From assembly GCF_001194135.2 (NCBI RefSeq), contig NC_068998.1, positions 29,201,806 to 29,265,805 on the forward strand: a stretch of DNA of 64,000 bases, in the 5' to 3' direction. Under the pieces are notes generated by a model. That model searched no databases. It worked only from the letters and a program-made list of their open reading frames with translations, and had not been told where the DNA came from. This document shows, in pieces, positions 1-11,377 of this stretch (position 1 is its first letter; every line of letters begins with the position of its first letter). The DNA is from Octopus bimaculoides. Taxonomy: Eukaryota. A program made the translations under genes and the position numbers.

Positions 1-56
<56 letters not shown>
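1..56. repeat. (AT)n microsatellite, representative of many (AT)n, (GT)n, (GA)n, (CAT)n, (TAT)n and (CAGA)n tracts in the window
   Basis: Directly visible; other tracts at e.g. 5725-5760, 10998-11090, 18421-18470, 21315-21363, 31781-31839, 32272-32310, 53413-53457, 61953-61992. Confidence 0.99.
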
Positions 57-60
<4 letters not shown>

Positions 61-1520
61 GGATGCCTAGAAGGCAAAACATAATATTTATGTACATGCA
101 TGCGGGAAGTGGCCAAATAAAGTCATATAGAAGTGTATGTAAACATGCATGTATTTTGATATATTCGTACATTTGTACACATATCACTGCTTATAATCTG
201 TGTCTGCAGTATACCTAACAGAAATCTCTTACTTCCCAGTTGATTATTGTAAGTATAGTATGACTGAATAGAGTAGAGAGTCTCCTATGTTGCACAGAGG
301 ATGTAACAAGTTGCGGTGAGGAAAGAAACGTTTTAAAGTTACCTTCAGGTTTATTTTTATTTATTGTTAAAACAAATGTACGCTTAGACATTTTATATGG
401 CAAATATTAGTGTTTATTCAATTTGTATTCATATTACCATAAACAAACAATATAAAATGTCTGCATTCATTTTCGAAGGGGTGTGCTAAGAAAAAGTATG
501 GTATCAGTGTAATTGCAATGATGTACTCTTACATTTCAGAGTGACACTCTGTATGTATAGGAATGCCATTTGCATAGTTCCTTTGAGCAGGAGTGTGTAA
601 TCTGCTGCTGTGATCCACCGTACCAATTATGCATTTCAGGTATATGTAGGAATACTGATGCAGCATTATTATAGCTTGATATTTGAGGACTAGTTGTATA
701 ACATTCGCAATTGTCATGTAGTTGCCATAAACAATAGCAAACTCACTACAAAGATGTAAAATCATTTTTATTTAAAAGTTGGATTAGCCATTGATCAGAC
801 TGTGACTATCAGTTTTAACTCTCATTCTATAAATATTATATTAAAATATTAAAATAATAATGAAGACTCTTTCTTCATCATTACCTCAACATTTAAAATA
901 CTCCTACAAAAAATATGAGATGAGTGAGGGCCAAGAAAACTTGTAAACATTCAAGTCTCTTATGATGTGAATACACCTCAATAATTAAGGGTTTTGATCA
1001 TATTTTTACAGCCAATAAATACAAGAGAGATGTGTACATAAAAAGTGACAAAAGATAAACTTATCATCATTAATAAAGATAATTTATTGGGTTCCACAGA
1101 TATATTAGACCCAGTTGACAAGTGAAATGAAACAATTGAGTGCATGAAGTTGAGCTCTGGCCCTTTGGTACAGGCATATTAGTGCTAAAATTGTTTTGTA
1201 ATTGGCTTTCTTACTTTATTAATTTATTTGTTTGTTGTTTTTTGTATTTCTTTCAGTTCGAATTTGGTGTTGAAAGCAGATACACACAGCAATATAGAGA
1301 GTTAGAGAGAAACAGTCATAAAATTGAAAAATGATGGTTAAAACGGAATTATCTCCCTTCACATGATTATTATTAGATGGTGAAACACTATTAATGGTAG
1401 TGGTATTAATGTTATTGCTTGGGGGAGACACACACATAACAGATATATATGTTTTTTATCATCTTTTTTTAAATGCAAAACAATGTAAGCCATAAAAATA
1501 ATACAGGTATCAACCTGTAT

Positions 1521-1673
1521 TAGTTTTACCTAGTATTTCAATATTTCAGAGTTATGATTGCTTACTCAGGAAATCTTTGGAGAAAATGGACAAAGTCAGC
1601 AAATAACTTTTCTCCAAAGATTTACTGAGGAAGGGATCCTAACTCTGAAATGTTGAAATATCAGGTAAAACTA
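1521..1673. mobile_element. Palindromic MITE-like element (66-nt arms, 21-nt spacer, TA at both ends)
   Basis: 1521-1586 matches the reverse complement of 1608-1673 at 58/66 positions; begins tagttttacc and ends ggtaaaacta. Confidence 0.7.
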
Positions 1674-1759
1674 TCAACTTTATTATCAACTATATCAACT
1701 ATCAACTATATTATTTTTACAACTTACATTGTTTTGGCTTAAGAAAAATATAACCCCAA

Positions 1760-3500
1760 ACATTTATATATAGAAACTATGAGTAAATGGACCAATTAAA
1801 AAAGGACTAAAGAAAAACAGAGAGAAATGGCTGGTAGAACTAAATACATACCTTCAAAAACAGAAATATACTAAAAACTTAATAAATCACCTCACTAATT
1901 TTGAGATACAAACAAGTAGCTTTTATGGACTTCCAAAAATTCATAAATCTGAAGAAATAAATAACAGCTTGAAGGATCTCCATACACCATATGTGAAGAT
2001 TTCCAAACGATCTGATCTTATGTTCAATTATTGCAGGGCCAACATCTAGCACCCAACAATTAAGCAATTTGCTTGACATATCATGAAACCTTTGTGCAAA
2101 TTGGTCCCAAGTTTCAACAGATGAAACATGGACTTCCTACATGAAGGTTCTGACATAATCAGACTCTACACAAATATATCCCATGGATAATGATTATAAG
2201 GATTAGAAGTCGTAGAACTCTGGACAGACAAATACCCACAAGGAATTCAGCAGAGCTTCTCAAAAGAGTTGAAGGATTGCAGTTGGTACTGGAAAACAAC
2301 TACTACTTCTTTGATAACCAATACAACCTACAAATACAAGGTATGACAAAGGGACAAAAGTTGCACTGAAGTTTGCAACATGAGTAATGGAATTCCTGAA
2401 AGAAAACAAATTTATACCTTGTCTGGAATTACTTTTGTTAACAATTCCAATCTTACTTAAGAGGGAACTGAAAAAGATTTTTGGATGACTGCTTCATATT
2501 TTGGAACAAAATTTAGGAGGACTTTCCAAGATTTTAAATTAATAAATAGCATTCATGAATTGATTCAGTTCACTATGAAAGTGAATGAAAGGAAACTCTT
2601 TTCCTGGACAGTCTGATAATTAATGAAAATGAGACAGTTACAACTGATCTCTACTGCAAGGACACAAACTCGCACCATTGCCACCCTTCTCATACAAAAA
2701 GGAACATTACATTCAATATGACAAGTTTATGTTCAATAGTTACAAACACAAATGGACAAGAGAAATGACTGGGAGAACTAAATACATACCTTCCAAATAT
2801 GCTAAAAACCTAATAATTCATGCTATAACCAAAGCAAAAGAAATTCCAGTTTCTGCCTTACAGAGAAACACTCATACCAAGGGTGAAAACAAAAATACAA
2901 GTATAAATATTCTATTGCAGTCACCCATAATCCTAAGAACCACATTCCACATTTAGCCAAATGATACCTTCCAATTCTACACCAGTCATCAACTCTCTGA
3001 CAAATAATTAAAAAATCACAAACCATCAACAGACAAAGACAACCACCAAATCTCAATAGACTCCTAAGAAAAATGCGATTCACATTGGAGGAAGAAATGA
3101 CACAAGTAATAAACTGTAAAGATCCTTTGTGAAATAATTGAACAAGGAACAACCAAAAGATACAAGAATGGGAAGGAAATAAAAGTGAATGCAAACATGA
3201 ACTGAAAAACAAAAAGTTTCATTTACTGCATCATATGCCCATAATGCAATAAGAATTACATTGAAGAAACAGGAACAAAACTACATAATCATGTGAATGT
3301 ATAGAAACAATAAATTAATGATTCACCTCTAAGAAATGTCCCATACAGTAACAATCTAGACATTTGTACAAATGGAGAATTCAAAATATTCTCTTTTTAC
3401 AAAATATAAGACAAAAATTATCAACTATGAAAAGCAAAAGAAGAATATTTTATAAGAATTCTAAATCTGAAACTAAACCAGAAATACTCAAGGTTACTAA
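1760..3500 (+). mobile_element. Degraded Penelope-like element: RT plus GIY-YIG endonuclease
   Basis: Frameshifted peptides DII.LYTNI.H, LQLVLENNYYFFDNQYNLQIQGMTKGTKVA, KRFLDDCFIFW, FLDSLIINENETVTTDLY.KDT and SFIYCIICP*CNKNYIEETG; many stop codons. Confidence 0.8.
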
Positions 3501-3924
3501 AAACAACTTCATTATATGGATTAGTCCAGAACATGTATGTTTGAATGAACAATGAAAGCACTTACACACAAAAACAAAAGTTTGTGATATTCTGGTTTTT
3601 TTAATTTTTCAAAATATTTAATAACTTAAAAACAATCTTTCTTGTGACTTTATCAAATAGTTTTTGCTAAAACTTTTAAATATATATGGTGTATTATGTT
3701 ATAGATAGACACGATGAGGTGACTGGTGGTATTTTCTTTCCATATTGAATGGACTTATATCATTTTCATAGAGCTTCCATAATTTTTGTATATATGATCC
3801 AGTATTTTGTTTGCTGTAACAATTCCATCAGCTACCAAAACGATCATGACTAATTAATAAATGTGATATCACCATTGCTATTTCTTTCATTATTGATAAT
3901 TTTATTTTAGGAACAATAAGCACT

Positions 3925-4520
3925 AAGAACACACGGGGTGTAGTCTCTCTCAAATGCCCAGGAGGCTCTCTGGAGGCTGTAGATAGTTTCTGTTACCTAG
4001 GTGACCACATTAGCATTGGTGGAGGATGCTCTGAAAGTATTGTTTCTAGAATAAGAATAGGATGGAGGAAGTTCAGAGAGCTTTTACCTCTGTTGGCAAC
4101 AAAAGGACTCTCTCTCAGAGTGAAGGGTAAATTGTATGATGCTTGTGTATGAACGGCTGAATGTAGAAGACATGTGTAGACTGGAGAGAAATGAAGGTAG
4201 TATGTTCCGATGAATATGCAACACCAGTGCACATGTACGGCAAAGTGCAAATGTATTAAGAGAAAAGTTGGGTATAAGAGGAATCAAATGCAGCATGCAA
4301 GAGAGAAGTATGTTTGTTTGGACATGTGATATATATGAATGAAGACAGCTGCATAAAGAAGTGCCGATTACTGAAAGTGGATGGTTCCTGCAAAAGAGGG
4401 AGACTCAGGAAGACATGGGATGAAGTAGTAAGGACCTATCTCAGGATGTTGGCCTCACAGAGGAAATGACAATGGACTGAGATGTCTGGCAATTTGAGGT
4501 TCTTGAGAAGACCCCCCCAC
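3925..4520 (+). mobile_element. RTE-clade LINE fragment (RT C-terminal/thumb region)
   Basis: VDSFCYLGD...GGCSESIVSRIRIGWRKFRELLPLLATKGLSLRVKGKLYDACV; same family as the 13, 17, 46 and 58 kb copies. Confidence 0.85.
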
Positions 4521-4549
4521 CCCTACATAAGCAAAACTGAGTTCTAGAA

Positions 4550-5522
4550 GCATTGTGTGTTTCACAAATACTTGTGTTCCACCCATATATTATAATAAGT
4601 AAACTTACACCAATAAACCAAACTACATTCATTCTTTTCCTCCCATCTTTTCTTTCACACACTATGCTAACCTCTCACTCCCAAATCCTGTCGTCATGGC
4701 CCTGTTCACTGTATCATTGTTATCTGGAAGCCCACCACCCCCTCTGTATACCCAGGTTTTCACCACTCATTGCATTCCCCTCTTCCACTCTCTACTCATG
4801 CTTCTTTAGCAATGTCCTTCCACTCATATTATTACCTCCACACCTCAAGCATATGCCCTGGCACTTACCACCATCTATCACTCTCTTCTTTTACTCCACC
4901 ATCCCATTTATATTCTTATTCCCGTCCCTTATGAGTATGCCCAGCACTTTGCCACCATCTCTCTCCTGCTCTCTTGCAGTCTTCCACTTTCTCTCTTCTC
5001 TTGCCCTTTCCTCAGGCTGGGTAACCATGTATCTCCTTTATAGCAGCACACCTGTTCTGCCCATATTCCTGATCTCTCTCTTTCTCCCTCCTACTTTCTG
5101 GCTGGGTAACCATGAACCTCCTCTACAGCAAGATACCTGTTTATGTCTGTCTCACCATAACCTTTCATCATCTGACACAAATCACCTCCTCAGAGGATCT
5201 TTGTCTTGCAAGTTACTTGGAGACCTTGCCAGTGCTAATGCCATGTAAAAAGCATCCACTTCACACTCTAACATGATTGGCATTTGGAAGGGCCTCCAGC
5301 TGTAAAAATTTTGCCAAAACTGACCTCACCTGTGCTTGTGCCACATAAAAAGCCCTCAGTTCATTCTGCTGGGTGGGTGGTTGGTGTTAGGAAGGGCATC
5401 CAGTCATAAAAACCCTGCCAAAATGGACACAGAAGTCTGGTGCAGGCTTCTGCCTGGCCAGCTCCTGTCAAACTACCCATGCCAGCATGGAAGGCAGACA
5501 TTAAACGATGATGATAATGATG
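4550..5522 (+). mobile_element. RTE-associated pyrimidine-rich region and 3' tail ending in (GAT)n
   Basis: Tail motif gggcatccag...aaaaaccctgccaa...catgccagcatggaaggcagacattaaacgatgatgat recurs many times in the window; similar pyrimidine-rich tracts at about 14.3-14.8, 45.3-45.8 and 57.1-58.0 kb. Confidence 0.6.
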
Positions 5523-5720
5523 AATCTATAATGGAAGAGCTATTCTTATGTAGTGGAAACAGCTGTAAGCTAATGAAATCCATAAGATAATCGTTTATTC
5601 ACTTGTCATTTCTTTTCCTAAATATGAATATAAATGATTTTGTAAAATTACAAAATATTACATGTAATCCATGTACATTTTATCAGGCCAGATTTATGAG
5701 AGAGACAGACAGACAGACAG

Positions 5721-5760
<40 letters not shown>

Positions 5761-6089
5761 NNNNNNNNNNNNNNNNNNNNNNNNNNNNNNNNNNNNNNNN
5801 NNNNNNNNNNNNNNNNNNNNNNNNNNNNNNNNNNNNNNNNNNNNNNNNNNNNNNNNNNNNNNNNNNNNNNNNNNNNNNNNNNNNNNNNNNNNGTGTGTGT
5901 AAATAGGTAAGTGGGCCTATTTAAGTGAATTCATGTTTGCTTACATTTGTGCTTCCTAAAGTTCACCAGCTACAAACTCACACATTTTCTTGTCATTTCC
6001 CTTGTTGACAATTGCTAACAGGCTTTGTACCTTTGGAGACATGTGGAACAAGAGATCTATGACTAAAGAAAACAGGTATTGGGAGACAT

Positions 6090-6535
6090 TTAAAAGGCAC
6101 ATGGTTAAATTCACATATTCACGTCACTCTAACATAAAGGCTTATATCAATAAACAACTGATGATTGAGACCTGTCCTAGATGCATATGAAGATCTCATG
6201 CAAATCTAAATGTTCTCTATAGCAGGCATGTGACATATTCTCCATTGTTTTTATGAAGTACAGACATCAACAAACTATGACAACAGCTGGACAGAGAGCA
6301 AGTGTTATAGTGCATCAGTGGAAGGAAAATTCAAATCCAGGTACAACAATCATCTTTCAACTTTTGGACACCTCACTAAGAGACATGCAACAACCCTCTC
6401 GGCATTAATCTGGAAACTTAAAGACGAGGATGTCAGCCACATCAAATGGAAGATCCTTCATAAGACCAAACTACATATTAATGGGTCAAATGTTTCATAT
6501 GCTCACTTGAGAAACTGTATCTCATTAAAAACTTA
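6090..6535 (+). mobile_element. Penelope-like GIY-YIG endonuclease 3' fragment
   Basis: HMVKFTYSRHSNIK (SYSC-like motif) and EGKFKSRYNNHLSTFGHLTKRHATTLSALIWKLKDEDVSHIKWKIL. Confidence 0.72.
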
Positions 6536-6751
6536 AGAACCTCCAGTGACTGTGTAAATACCAAGAGTGAGATGTTTTCTTTATGTCTGCTCATTCAAAT
6601 GTCAATTGCATCAAACACAGTTACTAAGTCGTCTTGTGGTTTTACCAGCTTGATAAATGGCAAAATAAAAATTTCAGTGAGGAAACCCTGGGGAGCTGTA
6701 GTTCACAAAGTTTTTTGTTGTTTTCATCATAATCCATACATACATACACAA

Positions 6752-7660
6752 TTAAAGCAGCATTTAATTAAAATAGCCATATATGTATCATACTTAATGT
6801 ATACACACTGTCTATAAGCTAATTACTGTAATATTTGTCCTGAGATAACTCTTATGGACTAGCTGTGTTAAAAAGCACAATAAATATTAGAGAGACACAA
6901 AACTTCATCCTAGTAGTGGCCAATGAAAGTACTACATATATTTCAGCTGTTTTGGATCACTTCAATGGTGCATGCTTGCAGCCAGCCACATGCTCAAAGA
7001 AAAATTCATTGTCTCTGATATAGGAAAAAGTGAATAAAAGATTCACTGGTGTTATGAATGGCTGCCCAGTTGAATTAAAAATCTAGTATATGCAACTAAA
7101 GCAGTATTTAAATGAAATAGCCATCTATGTATCATGCTTAATGTATGTACACTGTTGATAGGCCAGTTACTGCAGTACTTATCCTGAGATAACATCTGTT
7201 ATGGACTTGTATTAGAAAAAGAAACATGAGAAAGAAATGAAAATTCATCCCAGCAGCAGTAGCCAGCATGACTGTCAGATGCATTTTGGTCTTCTTGGAC
7301 CTTTTCAATGGTACATATTATGCAAACAGCCACACATGCTCAAATGAGAATTTATTGTCTGTGATACAGGGAAAAGTGAACAAAAATTTTAATGATGTTG
7401 CAAATAGCCAAATGGCTAATTAAAAATGAAGTATATACACTTGAAGAAGTACTTAATTAAAATAACTGTGTGTCACAATGTATCATACTGTCAACATGCC
7501 TGTTACTGTAGAGATAACATTGAAAAAGCTCAAAAGGGTTAAAATCTATCTGGCATTCTCACTGGCTACTGTTGGGATGAATTTTCATCTCTCAGATATT
7601 TATTGTGTTTTCCAACACGACTAGTCCACAAGAGATGTGGTTTAAGGACAAATCCAGGAA
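6752..7660. repeat. Degenerate ~345-bp tandem repeat (2 full units + 1 partial) followed by an inverted partial copy
   Basis: The anchor aaatagccat(a/c)tatgtatcat recurs at 6771, 7115 and ~7460; 7553-7660 reverse-complements to the 6830-6930 part of the unit. Confidence 0.8.
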
Positions 7661-7989
7661 AATGATACAATAATGTCATTGATGAGATAGAAGATAATTT
7701 GAATGGCCCTTCTTTCTGAATCAACATAGATAGGTGGGTAAAATCTATGGCATGTGATGGATAGGAAAATGTAGGTAGTTCCTTACAGCTGTTTCTAGGG
7801 TAGATGTTTATTAGATGTAGTTATGTGCATTATGGCTACATATAAGATAGATTTAGGCAATTTAGTGTACACAAGCAGCAATTTACTGTACATGAAGTGT
7901 AAGTGGTATGAACAACTTAGCCTGTCTTAAAAATTAGAGAGATAGAGAGATATACACACAGATATTCACACACACACACACACATAGGT

Positions 7990-8275
7990 ACAGGCAGTGG
8001 ATAAGGAGCTTGTTTTGCAACCATGTTCAGTCCTACTGCTGATCAATGCTTTGTGAGTGAATATGAGTGTGTGCATGTGTGTATGTGTATGTGTGCGCGC
8101 GCATGCGTATGTGTGTATGAGTGTGCCTCATTGTCCCTGTAACTTAGTGATTCTGCGAAAGAGATTAATAGATTAAGTACCAGAGATAAAAAGTAACCCT
8201 TGGGTTATTGTTCAACTAAATCCTTCAAGGCAGCGTCCCAGCAGGGCCACAGTCCAATGACTGAACAAGTAAAAG
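7990..8275 (+). mobile_element. Decayed tRNA-derived SINE (same family as 44643-45040)
   Basis: Shares gtaacttagtg.ttc.gc.aaagaga...atagattaagtacc...gcagggccacagtccaatgactgaacaagtaaaag with the 44.6-kb copy. Confidence 0.65.
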
Positions 8276-8289
8276 TCATTTTATCATAG

Positions 8290-9477
8290 TCTCTCAATGC
8301 CTGGCATAATGCCCATTCATATATAGGTAGGTTGGTGGATAGGTAGGTAGGTAGGTAAGTGGGTAGGTGGGTATGTATGAGGTGATATAAGTAAGTATAT
8401 AAAGGGCAGCGTTAGAACACCAGCACAATGTAGGTAAACCCATACAAATAAATAGATGTAAATGGGCACAATTCTGATACACACCCACACACATCCACAC
8501 ACACACATGGATGGACAGACCAGTATACACACATCCACACCCATACACACACATGGATGGACAGACCGGCACACACACATCCATACACACCAAGCATACA
8601 CACACATACAGAGGCATACACAGGCACAAGTGTGTGCACACACATACAGAGGAATGAACACACACATAAGACTGCACACATGCAAGCATACACACAGATA
8701 TTAGTCTATTCAAAAAAGTGCCAGATACACACACACACACACATACACATTGGAATACACACAAATAAGGAAACGCATGTTCACACAAACACAGAAACGA
8801 ACATACACATTCACTCCACTCACAAGACCAACTCAACCACACAAACACGCTAGACCACACACTCATGTGCACACACATTTTCCCTGTTCTTCCCTCCCTC
8901 TGTCCACATAATAACTACACCCTAACCCATAAATCTTCAGCAGACACAATACTGACCAAGAACAAAAAGACAGAAGGCTGAGTCCTTAGAGAAGTAACCG
9001 ATAGTTTGTACATCCATACCTACAAACACACATACAAGCAGTCACATGGGTGTACATGCACAACCACATACATATGCATGTGCGCGCATGCGCACACACA
9101 CACACACAAACCCTTCATTTACGATCACCCTTACTTCCTCTTTTAAGCAAACAAACATCTACACACATACATACATACAAGCCTGCATATACAAAGACAT
9201 ATGATGAATTCTCGGGCAAACGCAGAGTAGACTTTGGAGTGAGACGGCGAGTCATAAGTCACTGAGCAAGATGGCAAGTCATAATGTTGCGAACAGCAAT
9301 GAAAGAACAACTAACAACCAACTCATTATTTAACCAGAACAAACGCGATTAGTTAGTTGATTACATATTTAAGCAATAGACTAACAATAGATAAATGGAA
9401 TTGAATCTGTGCAAGTGTTATTGGTATAATGACTCCCAAGACACAACAGAATTTGTTTCAATTTACATCAAGAAGAT

Positions 9478-9478
<1 letters not shown>
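8290..9478. repeat. (CA)-rich dispersed repeat element, homologous to both arms at 54.1-55.6 kb
   Basis: Shared blocks ctattcaaaaa, actaacaaccaact and gttattggtataatgac.cccaagacac with 55.0-55.6 kb. Confidence 0.65.
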
Positions 9479-9516
<38 letters not shown>

Positions 9517-9524
9517 TATATCAT

Positions 9525-9783
9525 AAACTCTTCCGTCATTAAATGACATCTGAGGGTTCGGCAATTTCTTGCTGAACAACCACACAGATGATTTGTTTAT
9601 AGTGATCAAATGTTGGTGTACGCATAAGCTCACTCACTCCATCAAATCAACATTACTTGCACAGATGCACCATGTGCCACATGTCAGATGATGAAATGAT
9701 TGCAGAGCAATGTGAAATGATGTGCTTTGCTCAAGAACACAACACGACACCCAGTCTGGGAACCAAACCCACAATCTCACAAT

Positions 9784-9787
<4 letters not shown>
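9525..9787 (-). mobile_element. tRNA-derived SINE (second family)
   Basis: Minus strand reads gtgggtttggttccc...gtgttgtgttcttgagcaaagcacatcatttcacattgctc (B-box-like plus conserved central domain). Confidence 0.6.
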
Positions 9788-9824
<37 letters not shown>

Positions 9825-10992
9825 TCATCATCATCATCGTTTAACGTCCGCTTTCCATGCTAGAATGGGTTGGACGATTTGACTGAGGACTGGTGAAACC
9901 GGATGGCAACACCAGGCTCCAAAGTAATTTGGCAGAGTTTCTACAGCTGGATGCCCTTCCTAACGCCAACACTAACAGGCAGTACTGGCATGCTAACATA
10001 GCAGTCAAAATGATCAAACCACAAGTTTTCACTTAAACACAAAAGTGAAAGTGGGCAAATGAATAAAGACCCTAAGACGAAAATAATTAAAAATTGAAAA
10101 AGTCAGGCATGTATATCTATATTTTCAATGGAATCTGTATCAGAATGTTTTAAGATACAAGCAATTAACCATAACTTAGAAACTCAAATGGAAAGGATGG
10201 TCATTATTATCATTTTCCATCTATTTTCTTTGTTCGATCATTTTGATTTTTAGACTTTAATTGCTGAAGAAGTTCTGCAGTCAGTCACAAAGAGACTTGA
10301 GAATAATTTCATTACTGATTAAATCTTCAATGCTGGATTCAAAAATTATATACTGGTAAATTTTGGTAGAGTTCATATGACTATATATATATTATGTGTG
10401 TGCAATATTTGTAGGTAAAATTCAGGTTTGTATATTGCAATTAGTAAAGCTTCAATAGTTATTCTTACAATCGTTTGTGGGATGTAATATAAAAGAGAGA
10501 GAGAGAAAGAGAGTGTGTGTGCTGTGTGTGCAAAGTTAGACAGATAGATATAAATATATATCCATGTATATATATTTTCTGTCATTCATCTATCTGAAGA
10601 GACAATGTACTTTTGACTACAGTTAGTTAGGAAGTGACCTCTCTAGGGCACAAACCTAGGCTAACTGGTTGGAAATTTTGAGTTGCTAGATAACAGAAGC
10701 TTCCTCTCGACCTCAACAGTGTTGTTCAAAAGAGTGCAGAGTTTGGCACAAATCTGGCTGTAAAATTTGAGTTGAACACTAGATTGCATTCATTCTATCA
10801 GATTTACTTTCTAGCATCTTTCTAAAGAGCAACGAGGTTATATTCCCACAACAAGGGAAATGTAACTCTGGACAGGGACCCATACTAGGTACAGTCAGCT
10901 GAATCCTACTGAGCCATGGACTCATATCAAGCAGACATCACATCTTCACTAAGATCATTATCCACTACCCAATGTGTGTTCATGCTTGTTTT

Positions 10993-11065
<73 letters not shown>

Positions 11066-11274
11066 NNNNNNNNNNAGAGAGAGAGAGAGAGAGAGAGAAG
11101 AGGTAGAGAGAGAGAATAAGAAGAAGGAGAGAGAGAGAAGAAGAAAAGGGAGAGAGAGAGAGAAGAAAGGGATGGGGGAGTGAGAGAAGGGGAGGGAAAA
11201 AGAAAGACAATACTATCAGAAGAATTTCAAGAGTAGAGAATGTGGTGGTAAAGGGATAGAAACAGGGTATTTAC

Positions 11275-11377
11275 CTGTAAAGAATTCATAGCTTTACCAG
11301 CTGATTCTTTAGTTTTAAAATTTATAAAAGCACAAAACCTGTCAGGTAAACAACGTACACTGCTTAGAGGCCCATAC
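11275..11377 (-). CDS. Exon H (103 nt), RRM with RNP1-like FCAFINF: YGPLSSVRCLPDRFCAFINFKTKESAGKAMNSLQ
   Basis: Acceptor cctctttacctacag|G; donor CAG|gtaaat. Confidence 0.92.

Noticed and set aside
533-745. 213-nt open interval with AG/GT ends on the minus strand (EFAIVYGNYMTIANV...)
   Set aside because: Its phase 2/2 does not join exon H (phase 0), and the peptide does not continue the RRM; no recognisable homology.
4553-5248. 231-aa ORF, the longest gap-free ORF in the track
   Set aside because: It is low-complexity L/S/P/F translation of a pyrimidine-rich repeat that recurs at about 14.3, 45.3 and 57.1 kb; no domain is recognisable.
6752-7520. Regularly spaced repeats considered as a CRISPR-like array
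   Set aside because: The whole ~345-bp unit repeats, with no repeat-spacer alternation, and the context is eukaryotic with no cas genes.
8294-8878. Cys/Val-rich and His/Thr-rich ORFs (also at 54144-54639 and 55039-55360)
   Set aside because: These are translations of (TG)/(CA)-rich repeats, not proteins.
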